From an uncultured Lentisphaera sp. (GTDB taxonomy: Bacteria; Verrucomicrobiota; Lentisphaeria; Victivallales; GWF2-50-93), in contig CAYRRM010000002.1 in the NCBI GenBank assembly GCA_964426675.1, positions 22,671 through 86,670 on the forward strand: DNA of 64,000 nt, in the 5' to 3' direction. This document shows, in pieces, positions 8,112-18,272 of this stretch (positions are counted from its first letter, which is position 1; each line of letters starts with the position of its first letter). A program made the position numbers and the translations under genes. The notes below the pieces were generated by a model. The model was not told where the DNA came from. It worked only from the letters and a program-made list of their open reading frames with translations, and searched no databases.

Positions 8112-10595
8112 ATGAAAAAACAAAATATTATTCTAACTCCAACCCAATATTCATATTCTCCTCTGGAAAAAGTAAAAATTAGTGGAATAAAAGGTTTGAA
8201 ATTAATTGTTTTAGATGGGAATGGAGATGAATACATCAGGTTTGAAAAATTGTCATCAAATGAAGTTGATTTTTTCTGTGGAGCTACCGCTGGCATACAA
8301 ACGATTTTAATCTATGATAATGAGATATTGCTAAAAAGAATAAAAATAAGGGTAATAGTTAAAACGGAAATCATTGATAGCAAAAAAAAGTTTTCACGAT
8401 TATTAGACAATTTATTTTTAACTATGTGTAGATCATGTGGAGGAGATGGTGCCCAGTTTATACAGGTCAATGGAAAAATTTATAATTATTTCATCCGCTG
8501 GTTAAGAGATCATACCCATACTCTAAAAGGAATGAAGTATTTTTACCCTTTGATAAAACAAGGATTAGAAATTTATGCTGATACTCAAAGAAAAGATGGC
8601 ATGCTATTTGAACGGATAGCTCCCAAAAAAAAAGATGTTCAGGGATGGAGAGATTACACATTCAAAGAAGGGAACTTTATAAAGACTGTTTACTCTAATG
8701 ACAATAAGACAGGTATCCCATATACGCTTCAGAGAATTCCAGTAGAAAATGATGTAGAATATCTTTTTATAGAATGCCTTTACTATACCTGGAAAGCTAC
8801 AGGAGACACCTTATGGATGAGCAAATATCTCGACCATTGTATAAAAGCGGTGCATTATTCTACAACAAACAAATTCCGATGGAGTAAAAAATATGGACTA
8901 TTGAAACGTGCATATACTATTGATACCTGGGATTTTATACATAGTGATGACGGAAAATATACTCTTGGAGACAACTGTTTTGACAAAAACAGGACTGTCT
9001 TTGGAATAATGTTTGGGGATAATACAGGAATGGCAATGTCATGCAAATATCTTTCAGAAATGTTAGAATATGTAGGGAGAAAAAAAGAAGCTAAAAAATA
9101 TAAAAATTTATCTAAAAAACTCCTTGCAAATCTCGAAAAAATTTCATGGAATGGGAAGTTCTACAAACATCACGTCAGTGAGGATCCTTCCTTTAAGAGA
9201 GACGTTGGAAATACAAATGAAAATGAACAGGTTACTTTGTCAAATGCGTATTCAATAAATAGAGATATTGGACTTGATAAAAGCATTGCGATTATCAATA
9301 CATACAAAAACATAAGAAAAAATATGCCAAAGAATAGCCCTGGTGAATTTTACAACTGTTATCCTCCATTTGAAAAAGGATTTGGAGAACACAATTCAAT
9401 ATGGCAATATATGAATGGAGGAGTTTCAACTATTGTTGCAGGAGAACTTGCAAGAGGAGCATTTCTGTGCGGAGAAGAAGAATATGCTATCGATATAATG
9501 AATAGAATTTTAAATCTAGCCGACAAATATAATGGGCATCTGCATGTTTGTTTTAATGGTAACCCTCAAAAAAAAGCTCCTGACAGGAATTTTGACTGCT
9601 TAGACCTTGCGGATTTCGCGAACGTAAGCACAAAATGGCGTAAAGAAGCAGGTTGGGGTGAAAAAGGCAATGATTTATCTAATTTACCCACCGGTAGAAA
9701 AACTTTTTTAGAAATTCCTTTTCTTCTCAGAGAAAAAGGAATAGGATTATCTGAATTTCGTTCTGGTTACCATAAAGAAATATCATTACCTTTAGAAAAA
9801 AAATTTTCTTCTCTATACCTCTTACATACGTTTTCAGGACATGGGACAATAATAGCCGAATTAACGTTATACTATAGTGATAATACCTCGGAATCTGTTT
9901 ACATTCAGAATAAAAAAAATATAGGAAATTGGTTTATGCCAGATTCGGAGGAAATTGCACATATGTGTCATGAGCCCAAATTGGAAAAGGGTTGGCCTGA
10001 ATATCAGATTGCCTGGAGAGGTTCAAGTGGAAAATTTGATAATGTTGGTATTTATATATGGGGATTAGATAACCCTCACCCTGAGAAAGAAGTATCTAAA
10101 ATCTCTTTTAGCATTATGAAAAATAATACAGCTTATCTTGTATCAGGAATTACTTTATCAGATAAACCCGTCTGGTTTCAACAAAGTGAACTTTCTTTTG
10201 GCATTCCAGATGCATGGGGCGCTGCAGCTATAGTTTATTCGTTGATTGAAGGGCTTTCCGGAGTTACAGATAAAGGAATAGCCTTTGATAATGTCGAAAT
10301 ATCCCCAAGATGGGGATTTTTTGAAGAAAAAAAAGTCAAAGTATCTGTAACATACCCAGCTTCGAATGGTTATGTAACATATCTATGGGAAAAAAACTTA
10401 GACGAAGAGAAATTAATTTTTACTACATCTGCAGAAAAATCACTTATAAGACTACCTTTAACTAATAAAAAACATAAAAATTTATTCGTTAACGGAAAAC
10501 CTGTAAAATTTAACATTATCAAAATTAATGAGAAACTTTATATTGAAGCAAATATTTACAAAAAGGGCGTCCACAAATTAGTATTGAGTCCTTGA
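8112..10595 (+). CDS. large hypothetical protein, possibly an (alpha/alpha)6-barrel glycoside-hydrolase-like enzyme
   Basis: About 827-aa ORF. The ATG at 8112 follows an AGGGAG RBS (track start 8097). The fold suggestion is weak and rests on general resemblance (WLRDHTH..., DTWDF, GGVSTIVAGELARG). Confidence 0.6.
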   Translation: MKKQNIILTPTQYSYSPLEKVKISGIKGLKLIVLDGNGDEYIRFEKLSSNEVDFFCGATAGIQTILIYDNEILLKRIKIRVIVKTEIIDSKKKFSRLLDNLFLTMCRSCGGDGAQFIQVNGKIYNYFIRWLRDHTHTLKGMKYFYPLIKQGLEIYADTQRKDGMLFERIAPKKKDVQGWRDYTFKEGNFIKTVYSNDNKTGIPYTLQRIPVENDVEYLFIECLYYTWKATGDTLWMSKYLDHCIKAVHYSTTNKFRWSKKYGLLKRAYTIDTWDFIHSDDGKYTLGDNCFDKNRTVFGIMFGDNTGMAMSCKYLSEMLEYVGRKKEAKKYKNLSKKLLANLEKISWNGKFYKHHVSEDPSFKRDVGNTNENEQVTLSNAYSINRDIGLDKSIAIINTYKNIRKNMPKNSPGEFYNCYPPFEKGFGEHNSIWQYMNGGVSTIVAGELARGAFLCGEEEYAIDIMNRILNLADKYNGHLHVCFNGNPQKKAPDRNFDCLDLADFANVSTKWRKEAGWGEKGNDLSNLPTGRKTFLEIPFLLREKGIGLSEFRSGYHKEISLPLEKKFSSLYLLHTFSGHGTIIAELTLYYSDNTSESVYIQNKKNIGNWFMPDSEEIAHMCHEPKLEKGWPEYQIAWRGSSGKFDNVGIYIWGLDNPHPEKEVSKISFSIMKNNTAYLVSGITLSDKPVWFQQSELSFGIPDAWGAAAIVYSLIEGLSGVTDKGIAFDNVEISPRWGFFEEKKVKVSVTYPASNGYVTYLWEKNLDEEKLIFTTSAEKSLIRLPLTNKKHKNLFVNGKPVKFNIIKINEKLYIEANIYKKGVHKLVLSP

Positions 10596-10652
10596 AATTA
10601 TAGAAAAGAGAGATATATTCCCGAATGTTATTTTATTTATGAGGCTATTGCG

Positions 10653-11588
10653 ATGGAATTTGTAATTGAAGCAGAAAATTTAAGTAAAACATATGGCTCT
10701 TTTTTCTGGAAACAAAAGAAACCTGCATTAAATAAGTTAAATTTACAAATTCCCAAAGGTATTATTTATGGTTTTCTCGGACCCAATGGGGCTGGCAAGA
10801 CAACTACCATAAAGTTAATTATGGACTTAATAAGGCCAACTGAAGGCAAAGTACTTATTTTTGGTAAAGAACCTTCAGACACAGAATTGAAAAAACAACT
10901 CGGCTTTCTTCCAGATTACCCGGCTTTCAGCACTTATTTGACAGCCAGAGAATTCCTTAGCATCTGTGCTAAATTACTCCAGATTCCGCCTTTAGAACGC
11001 TCTACAAGGATTGAAGAGGTTCTTGATATTGTGAAAATGACAAAACATGCCGATACAAAACTTGGAGGTTTTTCAAGAGGTATGTTGCAGAGAATTGGCA
11101 TTGCACAGGCTATCTTGAATAAACCAAGCCTTTTAATTCTTGATGAACCTCTTACCGGACTTGATCCTCACGGGAGGCAAGAATTGATGCAGATTATTTC
11201 TGAACAGAAGAAAAAGGGTATCAATGTTTTCTTTTCAAGCCATATTCTTTACGATGTTGAAAAAATCTGCGATTATATTGGAATTCTAAATGAAGGTGAA
11301 CTGTTATGTTCAGGCCCCATAGAGTCTCTTTTATCAGAATCTGGGGCAAGAGTCCATGTAAAACATGGAGAAAACGAGATTGCACATATGCTGATGGATG
11401 ATGCTACCGGAAGCGTTAAACTGCCTGATGGCAGTTGGGACTTTGTTTTTCCTGCAAAACCAGAGATAAAAAAGAAACTTGAAGATTTTCAAAATAAATA
11501 CCCTTCTTCTTTAACAATTACCCCTTCTAGAGAAAAACTTGAAGATTTTTTCTTCCGAAAGATTGAAAATTCCAAAAACATAATATAA
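10653..11588 (+). CDS. ABC transporter ATP-binding protein
   Basis: Walker A GPNGAGKTT, signature FSRGMLQRIGIAQA, Walker B LLILDEP. Confidence 0.9.
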   Translation: MEFVIEAENLSKTYGSFFWKQKKPALNKLNLQIPKGIIYGFLGPNGAGKTTTIKLIMDLIRPTEGKVLIFGKEPSDTELKKQLGFLPDYPAFSTYLTAREFLSICAKLLQIPPLERSTRIEEVLDIVKMTKHADTKLGGFSRGMLQRIGIAQAILNKPSLLILDEPLTGLDPHGRQELMQIISEQKKKGINVFFSSHILYDVEKICDYIGILNEGELLCSGPIESLLSESGARVHVKHGENEIAHMLMDDATGSVKLPDGSWDFVFPAKPEIKKKLEDFQNKYPSSLTITPSREKLEDFFFRKIENSKNII

Positions 11589-11632
11589 ATTATAAAGTTT
11601 TTATTTACATATATAAATCTATGGAGGAAAAA

Positions 11633-12361
11633 ATGAGTGAAATTATGGCAATTGCCAGTAGTACCTGGCGTCGCATTCTCAGAATGAAGTCAGTGTATTT
11701 CCTGATACTCTGCACTATCATTTTGATTGCATGCGCTTATAACTACGATGTGCTCTCTATTGGGAGACATAAAGAACTAATGATGAACGTATCTCTCTTT
11801 CTCAATACTATCGCGGCAGTAATCGTTGCAATTTCATTAACATTTGAGTTACCCAAAGATATAAAAAGCGGAGTCGCTTCGACTTTACTTTCAAAACCTC
11901 TGGGCAGAACTCAGTATTTAATAGGAAAACTTGTTGGCACAATAATTACAGGTGTTATCATTTGCGCATTAATTACTGTTGGCTTTTCATTTGTATTTAA
12001 TACATTCTTTGAAAAAACGCCAATTTCAATGATTCAAGGACACATTATGATAATTGCCTCTTTATTGCCGATGTGTGCGATAGCCTTACTTTTTTCAGTG
12101 CTTCTACCGGAATCAATTGCTGCGATAGTGGCAGCAATAATTATTGCTCTATCTTTTTCCGCCACTAAGTTAAGCGCTATTAAGTATATATATGGCGGAA
12201 TTATTCCAGATTTAAATTTGTTTGATCTGAGGGGAGAAGCAGTTTGGGGAGCAAATATTAGCGTTACCTATATGCTACTCACTATTGTATGGGGAATAGT
12301 TTTTTGTGTATTTGCTTCTACTCTTGCAAGTTTAATATTCGGTTATAAGGACCTTAAATAA
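11633..12361 (+). CDS. ABC-2 type transporter permease
   Basis: Polytopic membrane protein directly after the ATPase. The ATG at 11633 follows GGAGGA (track start 11621). Confidence 0.7.
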   Translation: MSEIMAIASSTWRRILRMKSVYFLILCTIILIACAYNYDVLSIGRHKELMMNVSLFLNTIAAVIVAISLTFELPKDIKSGVASTLLSKPLGRTQYLIGKLVGTIITGVIICALITVGFSFVFNTFFEKTPISMIQGHIMIIASLLPMCAIALLFSVLLPESIAAIVAAIIIALSFSATKLSAIKYIYGGIIPDLNLFDLRGEAVWGANISVTYMLLTIVWGIVFCVFASTLASLIFGYKDLK

Positions 12362-12372
12362 GGGGGGATGAA

Positions 12373-13341
12373 ATGAAAAAAAAGTCTTTAATAATACATA
12401 TCGTTCTAATAATTGTAAGTGTAGTGGTAGGCGGAAAAATAGCTTCAACTCTCGTTAATGAGCAAGGTAAAATATGTATATCAAAACCATTCGAAAATAA
12501 TAGAAACTTTTTTGGTGTAAATAGATTTGCTGCAGATGTTCAGTGGATGCTGTTTGTAAATTACTGCGGAACAATTAACAGCGTTAATGCGGAGAATGCC
12601 CCAATCATTTATAAAAAAGTAATGAGTATAATACAGAATAATCCTGATTTTGAACAGGCGTATGAAATTGGGAGTCTAATGTTGTCTGTTGAAACACCAG
12701 AAAAAGCTGTTGAGATTTTAAAGAGAGCTTGTGATAATCCAAGGCTAAATAGAAATTGGGAGTTGCCATTTTTAGCTGGTTTCATAGTATCCCATCATAT
12801 GAAAGATAAAAAAATTGAAGGTAAAGTAAAGAAAGAGGATTTAGCTGAATATTTCTTTAGCCTTGCAGCTCAGAGATCATCTCCCCCAGAGCCACATGTA
12901 ATTTCTTCATATATGCGAGCAAAAGCCCAAAAACTAATCGGTAAAAAATGGAGAGGAATTCAGGTTACAAGCGACAGACAAGCATTTCTGTGTGCACTCA
13001 TTGATACTCATCTTGAAAATACAATCCGACCAGAAGGAGCTTATGCATCTTCATTTAATATAACTTCATTTGGGAAAATGACTATTATCGAGAAAATTCT
13101 ATCTGTTGCTCAATCTTTAAAAGAAGAAGAAAAAGATAATCAAAATGTAACAGCAACTATAGATAAAATGAAAGAGTTGGTTTTCAAAAATTCACATATT
13201 TGTGAACAATGCCTTACCCCATATGGTCCTGGAGAAAAATACTGTTCATCATGTGGTGCAAAAGTAGAAGTTTATGGAACTTGTAGTAAATGTGGTGCAG
13301 TGAAAAAAGGTAAATATTGCAGCAATTGTGGAGCTGAGTAA
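12373..13341 (+). CDS. membrane-anchored protein with a C-terminal double zinc ribbon
   Basis: N-terminal TM LIIHIVLIIVSVVVGG. C-terminus CEQCLTPYGPGEKYCSSCGAKVEVYGTCSKCGAVKKGKYCSNCGAE, i.e. four CxxC pairs. Confidence 0.65.
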   Translation: MKKKSLIIHIVLIIVSVVVGGKIASTLVNEQGKICISKPFENNRNFFGVNRFAADVQWMLFVNYCGTINSVNAENAPIIYKKVMSIIQNNPDFEQAYEIGSLMLSVETPEKAVEILKRACDNPRLNRNWELPFLAGFIVSHHMKDKKIEGKVKKEDLAEYFFSLAAQRSSPPEPHVISSYMRAKAQKLIGKKWRGIQVTSDRQAFLCALIDTHLENTIRPEGAYASSFNITSFGKMTIIEKILSVAQSLKEEEKDNQNVTATIDKMKELVFKNSHICEQCLTPYGPGEKYCSSCGAKVEVYGTCSKCGAVKKGKYCSNCGAE

Positions 13342-14050
13342 ATTAAATATAAAAATTAACAAAAGGGCTTTCGGTCTAATGATCGGAGCCCTTTTGATTT
13401 TATTTCTTTCTGAAGCTATACTTAGAGAAGCTTCAGTTGCTTCTCTCAAAACTAAGGAAAAAGATCTCGATAGTATTCTTGCTTCAGTTCCCTCTTTTTT
13501 AAGAGGAAGAATTAAATCACGCATTGAAATGATGCAGTTAAGAGATGCTGTAACACAGGCCAAAACTGATCAGGAAAAAATTAATGCCCTCTCTGCTCTT
13601 GCTGCTTATATCAAGGACGAGGATGAAAAAGAAAAATTGTATTTAGAAATATTAAAACTCCCCAGAATGGTTCAATCATATCCTGCAATGATATTTTTCC
13701 TCGAAAAAGATATTTCAAAACATAAAATTTCAATTGAAGAATATCACAATTTTATATTTAATTGTCCTACGTTAAACCGTTATTCATTATGGTCAATTGG
13801 CTTACAGGAACTTAAAGATAAAAAAAAAGAAAGAGACATTCAGTTAAAATATCTTATGCCTTTGCTTTCCATAAAACCAGACTTTTACGATTATAAACAA
13901 CTTTATAGGACTATATATGAACTTGCTGTGAGATTGGATGATAAAGAAACTGCAAAAAAAGCAGACGAATTGTCTATTATATGTGAGGAATTGCCAACCA
14001 TCTTTGAAGAAACGGAAAGAATTGAAAAAGAAAAAATGTCTTCAAAATGA
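13328..14050 (+). CDS. hypothetical membrane-anchored protein
   Basis: 240-aa ORF with a GTG start overlapping the previous gene. One TM (FGLMIGALLILFL). The start is uncertain; an alternative ATG lies at 13379. Confidence 0.5.
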   Translation: MELSKLNIKINKRAFGLMIGALLILFLSEAILREASVASLKTKEKDLDSILASVPSFLRGRIKSRIEMMQLRDAVTQAKTDQEKINALSALAAYIKDEDEKEKLYLEILKLPRMVQSYPAMIFFLEKDISKHKISIEEYHNFIFNCPTLNRYSLWSIGLQELKDKKKERDIQLKYLMPLLSIKPDFYDYKQLYRTIYELAVRLDDKETAKKADELSIICEELPTIFEETERIEKEKMSSK

Positions 14051-14835
14051 AAAAAGTATTTGCAATTGCTGAATTTACTATCAGAAAAGTAGAAGAACCT
14101 GCATTTATTATTCTTCTGGCGTTTGGCGTAATATGTGGTTATTTTGTTTCGGAAATGGAAGTTTTTAATTTAGGAAAAGAATACTTACAAATAGAAGCTT
14201 TTTCATCTCAATCAGAACAGGCATTACCACTCCTTGGAGGATTTGTTGTCCTAATTATGCTTACTCTTTTACTTTCCACTTTTTATGGGGCAACAGATGT
14301 CCCTAGAGAAATAGAGTCTGGAATAACAATGCTTCTGCTTGGAAAACCAATTTCAAGAACTGAATTTCTCCTTGGTAAATACCTGGGAATTGTCTGTATA
14401 TCGTTGCTTTTTTATTTCCTTTCATCTATTGCTCTTGTTGTTGGACACTTTTTCAAAACTGGTCAGTTTTTGGCTATAAACCTGATTTTGCGTCAATTAT
14501 TATTAATTCTCTTGATATTTCCACTAACAGCACTCAACATAACCTTCTCATGTTTTTTTAATGACCTAAGTGCTATTATTATTTCAGCAATATACTTACT
14601 CTTTTCACTTGCAGCCTCCTTAATCCCAATTGCACTAACTCTTATTCCAAAAAGTGCTGGTATAGATATCTGGCTGAATTTGATATATTATTTATTTCCA
14701 AATCTATTCTTTTTCCTGCTTCCTTCTAAAATACCAGGCGTCATATTCATCTCAATGATATTATATGCTATCTCATTATCTCTTTGTTTTCTCTTTATTG
14801 CTTCTGTTAAATTTGAAAACAAGGACTTAATTTAA
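14047..14835 (+). CDS. ABC-2-like permease / polytopic membrane protein
   Basis: ATGA overlap with the previous gene. About 6 TM helices. Confidence 0.6.
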   Translation: MKKVFAIAEFTIRKVEEPAFIILLAFGVICGYFVSEMEVFNLGKEYLQIEAFSSQSEQALPLLGGFVVLIMLTLLLSTFYGATDVPREIESGITMLLLGKPISRTEFLLGKYLGIVCISLLFYFLSSIALVVGHFFKTGQFLAINLILRQLLLILLIFPLTALNITFSCFFNDLSAIIISAIYLLFSLAASLIPIALTLIPKSAGIDIWLNLIYYLFPNLFFFLLPSKIPGVIFISMILYAISLSLCFLFIASVKFENKDLI

Positions 14836-14839
14836 AAAT

Positions 14840-15721
14840 ATGACTAAAATACTTAATTTAGGCTCGCTAAATATTGACTACGTATATTTCGTTGATAATT
14901 TCGTTAAACCAGGTGAGACAATGTCAAGCATTACCTTGTCCAAATTTGCTGGAGGAAAAGGATTAAATCAATCTATTGCCCTTGCAAATGCCGGCGCAAA
15001 AGTCTTTCACGTCGGAAAAACAGGGAAAGAAGCCAAATTCCTTATAAATACTCTAAAAAAATCCTCCGTAAATTGCTCCTTTATAGAACTTTCAAATGAT
15101 GAAAGTGGACATGCCATTATTCAGGTCAATAAAAAAGGCGAAAATTGTATTATAATCCACGGTGGTACAAATAAAACAATAAATATCAAATTATTAAAAA
15201 TGGCTTTTGCGAATTTCGCAGAAGGAGACTTCTTTCTAACTCAAAATGAAACTAATTTAATCTCGGAAGCATTCAATATAGCGAAAAAAAAGAAAATGAA
15301 AATTGTATTTAATCCGGCACCCATAACAAAAGATATCAAGAAATACCCTCTTGATATGGTCGATATCCTGATCCTGAATGAAAGCGAATTAGAAAAACTT
15401 TTTGGAAAAATACAAAATTTCAAAAAACTTATTGATATTAGAAAAAAATTCAATTTTGAAACAATAATTTTAACCCTCGGAGCAAAAGGCGCAGTAATTT
15501 GTGAACAAAACAACTTGCATTTTGAACCAGCCGTGAAAGTAAAAACTGTAGATACAACAGCAGCAGGCGATACTTTTGTCGGCTTCTTCATCGCCCAAAA
15601 AATGCAGGGAAAAAACTCTCTGGAAGCTGTCAAAATAGCAGTAAAAGCTTCCGCAATATGCGTCCAAAAAAAAGGAGCCTCTAACTCTATACCTAAACTA
15701 AAAGAAGTAATTCTCTCGTAA
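14840..15721 (+). CDS. rbsK: ribokinase
   Basis: GGKGLNQSIALANAG and the DTTAAGDTFVGFF PfkB/ribokinase motifs. Confidence 0.85.
   Translation: MTKILNLGSLNIDYVYFVDNFVKPGETMSSITLSKFAGGKGLNQSIALANAGAKVFHVGKTGKEAKFLINTLKKSSVNCSFIELSNDESGHAIIQVNKKGENCIIIHGGTNKTINIKLLKMAFANFAEGDFFLTQNETNLISEAFNIAKKKKMKIVFNPAPITKDIKKYPLDMVDILILNESELEKLFGKIQNFKKLIDIRKKFNFETIILTLGAKGAVICEQNNLHFEPAVKVKTVDTTAAGDTFVGFFIAQKMQGKNSLEAVKIAVKASAICVQKKGASNSIPKLKEVILS
15208..15220. repeat. iterated palindrome copy TGCGAATTTCGCA
   Basis: Inside rbsK, encoding A-N-F-A. Confidence 0.9.
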
Positions 15722-15760
15722 ATATAGCGTCAAAAACTACTCTCTTTTTCCGTCAAAATA

Positions 15761-17008
15761 ATGTCAAAAAACATTTTCCAAAAAATATCAATAGAAATAC
15801 CCGAAATAACCATTGATAAAATTGTTTTTGGGGGAAATGGAATTGGAAAAAATGACGGAAAAATAACATTTATTCCATCAGTAATTGACGGAGAAAAACT
15901 CGAAGCAGAAATTTATCAGAGAAAAAAGAATTTTGATTTTGCTTTTTGCAAAAAAATTTTAAAAAAGTCTTCTCATAGGATTTATCCTGAGTGTCCACAT
16001 TCATTAAGAATTGGAGAAAATCCTTTTTTGTACTGTTCAAATTGTTCATATCAGCATATTTCCTATGACTATGAAATAGAATTAAAAAAACAACAATTAG
16101 AATCTTTACTAAGGAAAATCGCTAAAATTAATGATATCCCTGAAATTGAAAAGATAGCTTCGCCCTCGCCATTATTCTATAGAAGAAAAATATCTATGAC
16201 TATAGGAGTCAATAAAGATGGTAGAAAACATCTCGGTTATATTGGACTTGACAATAAAACTATCGTAGAAATTAATGAATGTTTTTTAGCCGTTAAAGCA
16301 ATAAATAAAAGGATAAAAGAAATTTTAAGTGATAAAGTTCTTGATAATTACAAAGTTGGTGATCAGATATTCTGGCGTTGGACAGAAAATGATGGACTTG
16401 TAGAATGGATAAACCCTGGACCACAACCAAATAAGATTTTAACAGAAAATACGATAATCGGTAAGATAAGTTATCCTGCATCATCATTTTTTCAGGTTTC
16501 AACTTTTGCATCCGATATGCTTTTCAAAAAAGTTTTTGATATCATATCTGAGTTACAACCTGAGATAGTGATAGATTTCTATTGCGGATCAGGTATTTTC
16601 GCACTTTGTGCAATAAAAAACTCTGCGAAATTCGCAATTGGCATAGAGAATGATAAGAAATCTATTGAATGTGCTAAAATTAATGCCGCAAACCTTGGTG
16701 TTGCCGAAAAAGTTGAATTTCTTCACCAAACATCCGAAAAAGCCTCTCTGAAAATATTAAAAAAATATACCTCAAATAATTTGCTTGTTATCCTTGACCC
16801 CCCACGATCTGGACTTTCAAAAAAAGTTATCGAAGGTATTCTTGAAGTATCTCCTACTCAAATACTGTATATATCATGTTCACCTGATACGTTATCACGA
16901 GATATAAAATTATTATCTGAAAAATACAAAATTTTAAAACTTTTTCTATGCGATCTCTTTCCAAGAACACAGCATTTTGAAAGTATTGCTTTATTAAAAA
17001 AAAACTGA
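15761..17008 (+). CDS. TRAM-domain class I SAM-dependent RNA (uracil-5)-methyltransferase, RlmD/RumA-like
   Basis: DPPRSG motif, C-terminal CDLFPRTQHFESIALL, Cys cluster in the N-terminal half. Confidence 0.8.
   Translation: MSKNIFQKISIEIPEITIDKIVFGGNGIGKNDGKITFIPSVIDGEKLEAEIYQRKKNFDFAFCKKILKKSSHRIYPECPHSLRIGENPFLYCSNCSYQHISYDYEIELKKQQLESLLRKIAKINDIPEIEKIASPSPLFYRRKISMTIGVNKDGRKHLGYIGLDNKTIVEINECFLAVKAINKRIKEILSDKVLDNYKVGDQIFWRWTENDGLVEWINPGPQPNKILTENTIIGKISYPASSFFQVSTFASDMLFKKVFDIISELQPEIVIDFYCGSGIFALCAIKNSAKFAIGIENDKKSIECAKINAANLGVAEKVEFLHQTSEKASLKILKKYTSNNLLVILDPPRSGLSKKVIEGILEVSPTQILYISCSPDTLSRDIKLLSEKYKILKLFLCDLFPRTQHFESIALLKKN
16624..16636. repeat. iterated palindrome copy TGCGAAATTCGCA
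   Basis: Inside the methyltransferase gene, encoding A-K-F-A. Confidence 0.9.
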
Positions 17009-17282
17009 AATAACTTTTCTTACAGATGCAAATATAGTTTTGACTTGCAAGTTACAAATCATCGCATTTTTCCTCTATAAAATCATAGTTGAAGTATATT
17101 AGAAGCTTATTTTGTGTTTTAAAAAAATCATAAAATGAAGAGGTTAAAATTCGTAATTTTCTAATTGACTTTTTTTTTTGAAAGATTATTATTTTTCATT
17201 GTGATTATGTTATTTTTTTTGATTTATTTTTGAAAAAATAAAATTTTATAAAAGTTAAAAAAAGCAAAACAGGAGAGAAAAA

Positions 17283-18272
17283 ATGAGGCCAGTAACTTTA
17301 TTTACAGGACAATGGGCTGACTTAAAACTTGAATCACTCGCAAAAAAAGCCAAAGAATGGGGATATGATGGACTCGAACTTGCATGTTGGGGAGATCATT
17401 TTGAAGTAGATAAAGTAAACGAAAAATATTGCAAAGAAAAAAAAGAATTACTTGCAGATTATGGCTTGAAAGTTTTTGCTATTTCATCTCACCTCGTAGG
17501 ACAGGCTATTTGCGATAACATAGATATTCGCCATAAAAGTATTTTACCTGATTACGTATGGGGGGATGGAGATCCTGAGGGCGTTCGCAAACGTGCTGCA
17601 AAAGAGATGATAAAGACTGCGAAAGCCGCAAAAATGCTCGGTGTAAAAGTGGTAAATGGTTTCACCGGCAGTTCAATATGGCATCTTCTGTATTCATTTC
17701 CTCCTGTAAGTCCAGAAATGATAGACAATGGATATAAAGATTTTGCAGCAAGATGGATTCCAATACTCGATGAATTTAAAAATTGTGGAGTTAAATTTGC
17801 TCTTGAAGTTCATCCAACTGAGATAGCCTTTGATATAGCATCTGCAGAACGTGCAATTTCCGCCTTGAAAAATCACCCTGCTTTTGGTTTTAACTTTGAT
17901 CCAAGCCACTTCGGATATCAAGGGGTAGATTATATACAGTTTATATATAAATTCGCAAAAAAAATCTTTCACTGTCACATGAAGGATGTTTATTGGTCGG
18001 ATGTTCCAGTTGAAGTCGGAGTTTTTGGTGGACATATTGATTTTGGTGATAAACGCAGATTTTGGGATTTTCGCTCACTTGGAAGGGGAAAAATAAAATT
18101 TGAAGAAGTGATACGCGCCCTAAATAGAATTGGTTATAATGGTCCTTTATCTGTGGAATGGGAAGACAGTGGTATGGATCGTGAGCACGGAGCAGCCGAA
18201 GCGTGTAAATTCGTAAAGAAAATTGATTTCAAACCATCCGCAATAAAGTTTGATGGACAATTTGATAAGTAG
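17283..18272 (+). CDS. sugar phosphate isomerase/epimerase (xylose isomerase-like TIM barrel)
   Basis: 329 aa. [28 protein letters not shown] and [16 protein letters not shown] are typical of AP-endonuclease-2/xylose-isomerase-like TIM barrels. Confidence 0.75.
   Translation: MRPVTLFTGQWADLKLESLAKKAKEWGYDGLELACWGDHFEVDKVNEKYCKEKKELLADYGLKVFAISSHLVGQAICDNIDIRHKSILPDYVWGDGDPEGVRKRAAKEMIKTAKAAKMLGVKVVNGFTGSSIWHLLYSFPPVSPEMIDNGYKDFAARWIPILDEFKNCGVKFALEVHPTEIAFDIASAERAISALKNHPAFGFNFDPSHFGYQGVDYIQFIYKFAKKIFHCHMKDVYWSDVPVEVGVFGGHIDFGDKRRFWDFRSLGRGKIKFEEVIRALNRIGYNGPLSVEWEDSGMDREHGAAEACKFVKKIDFKPSAIKFDGQFDK

Noticed and set aside
9608-9620. TGCGGATTTCGCG as a palindrome copy
   Set aside because: It has two mismatches to the arms. 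It is mentioned as a possible decayed copy but not counted.
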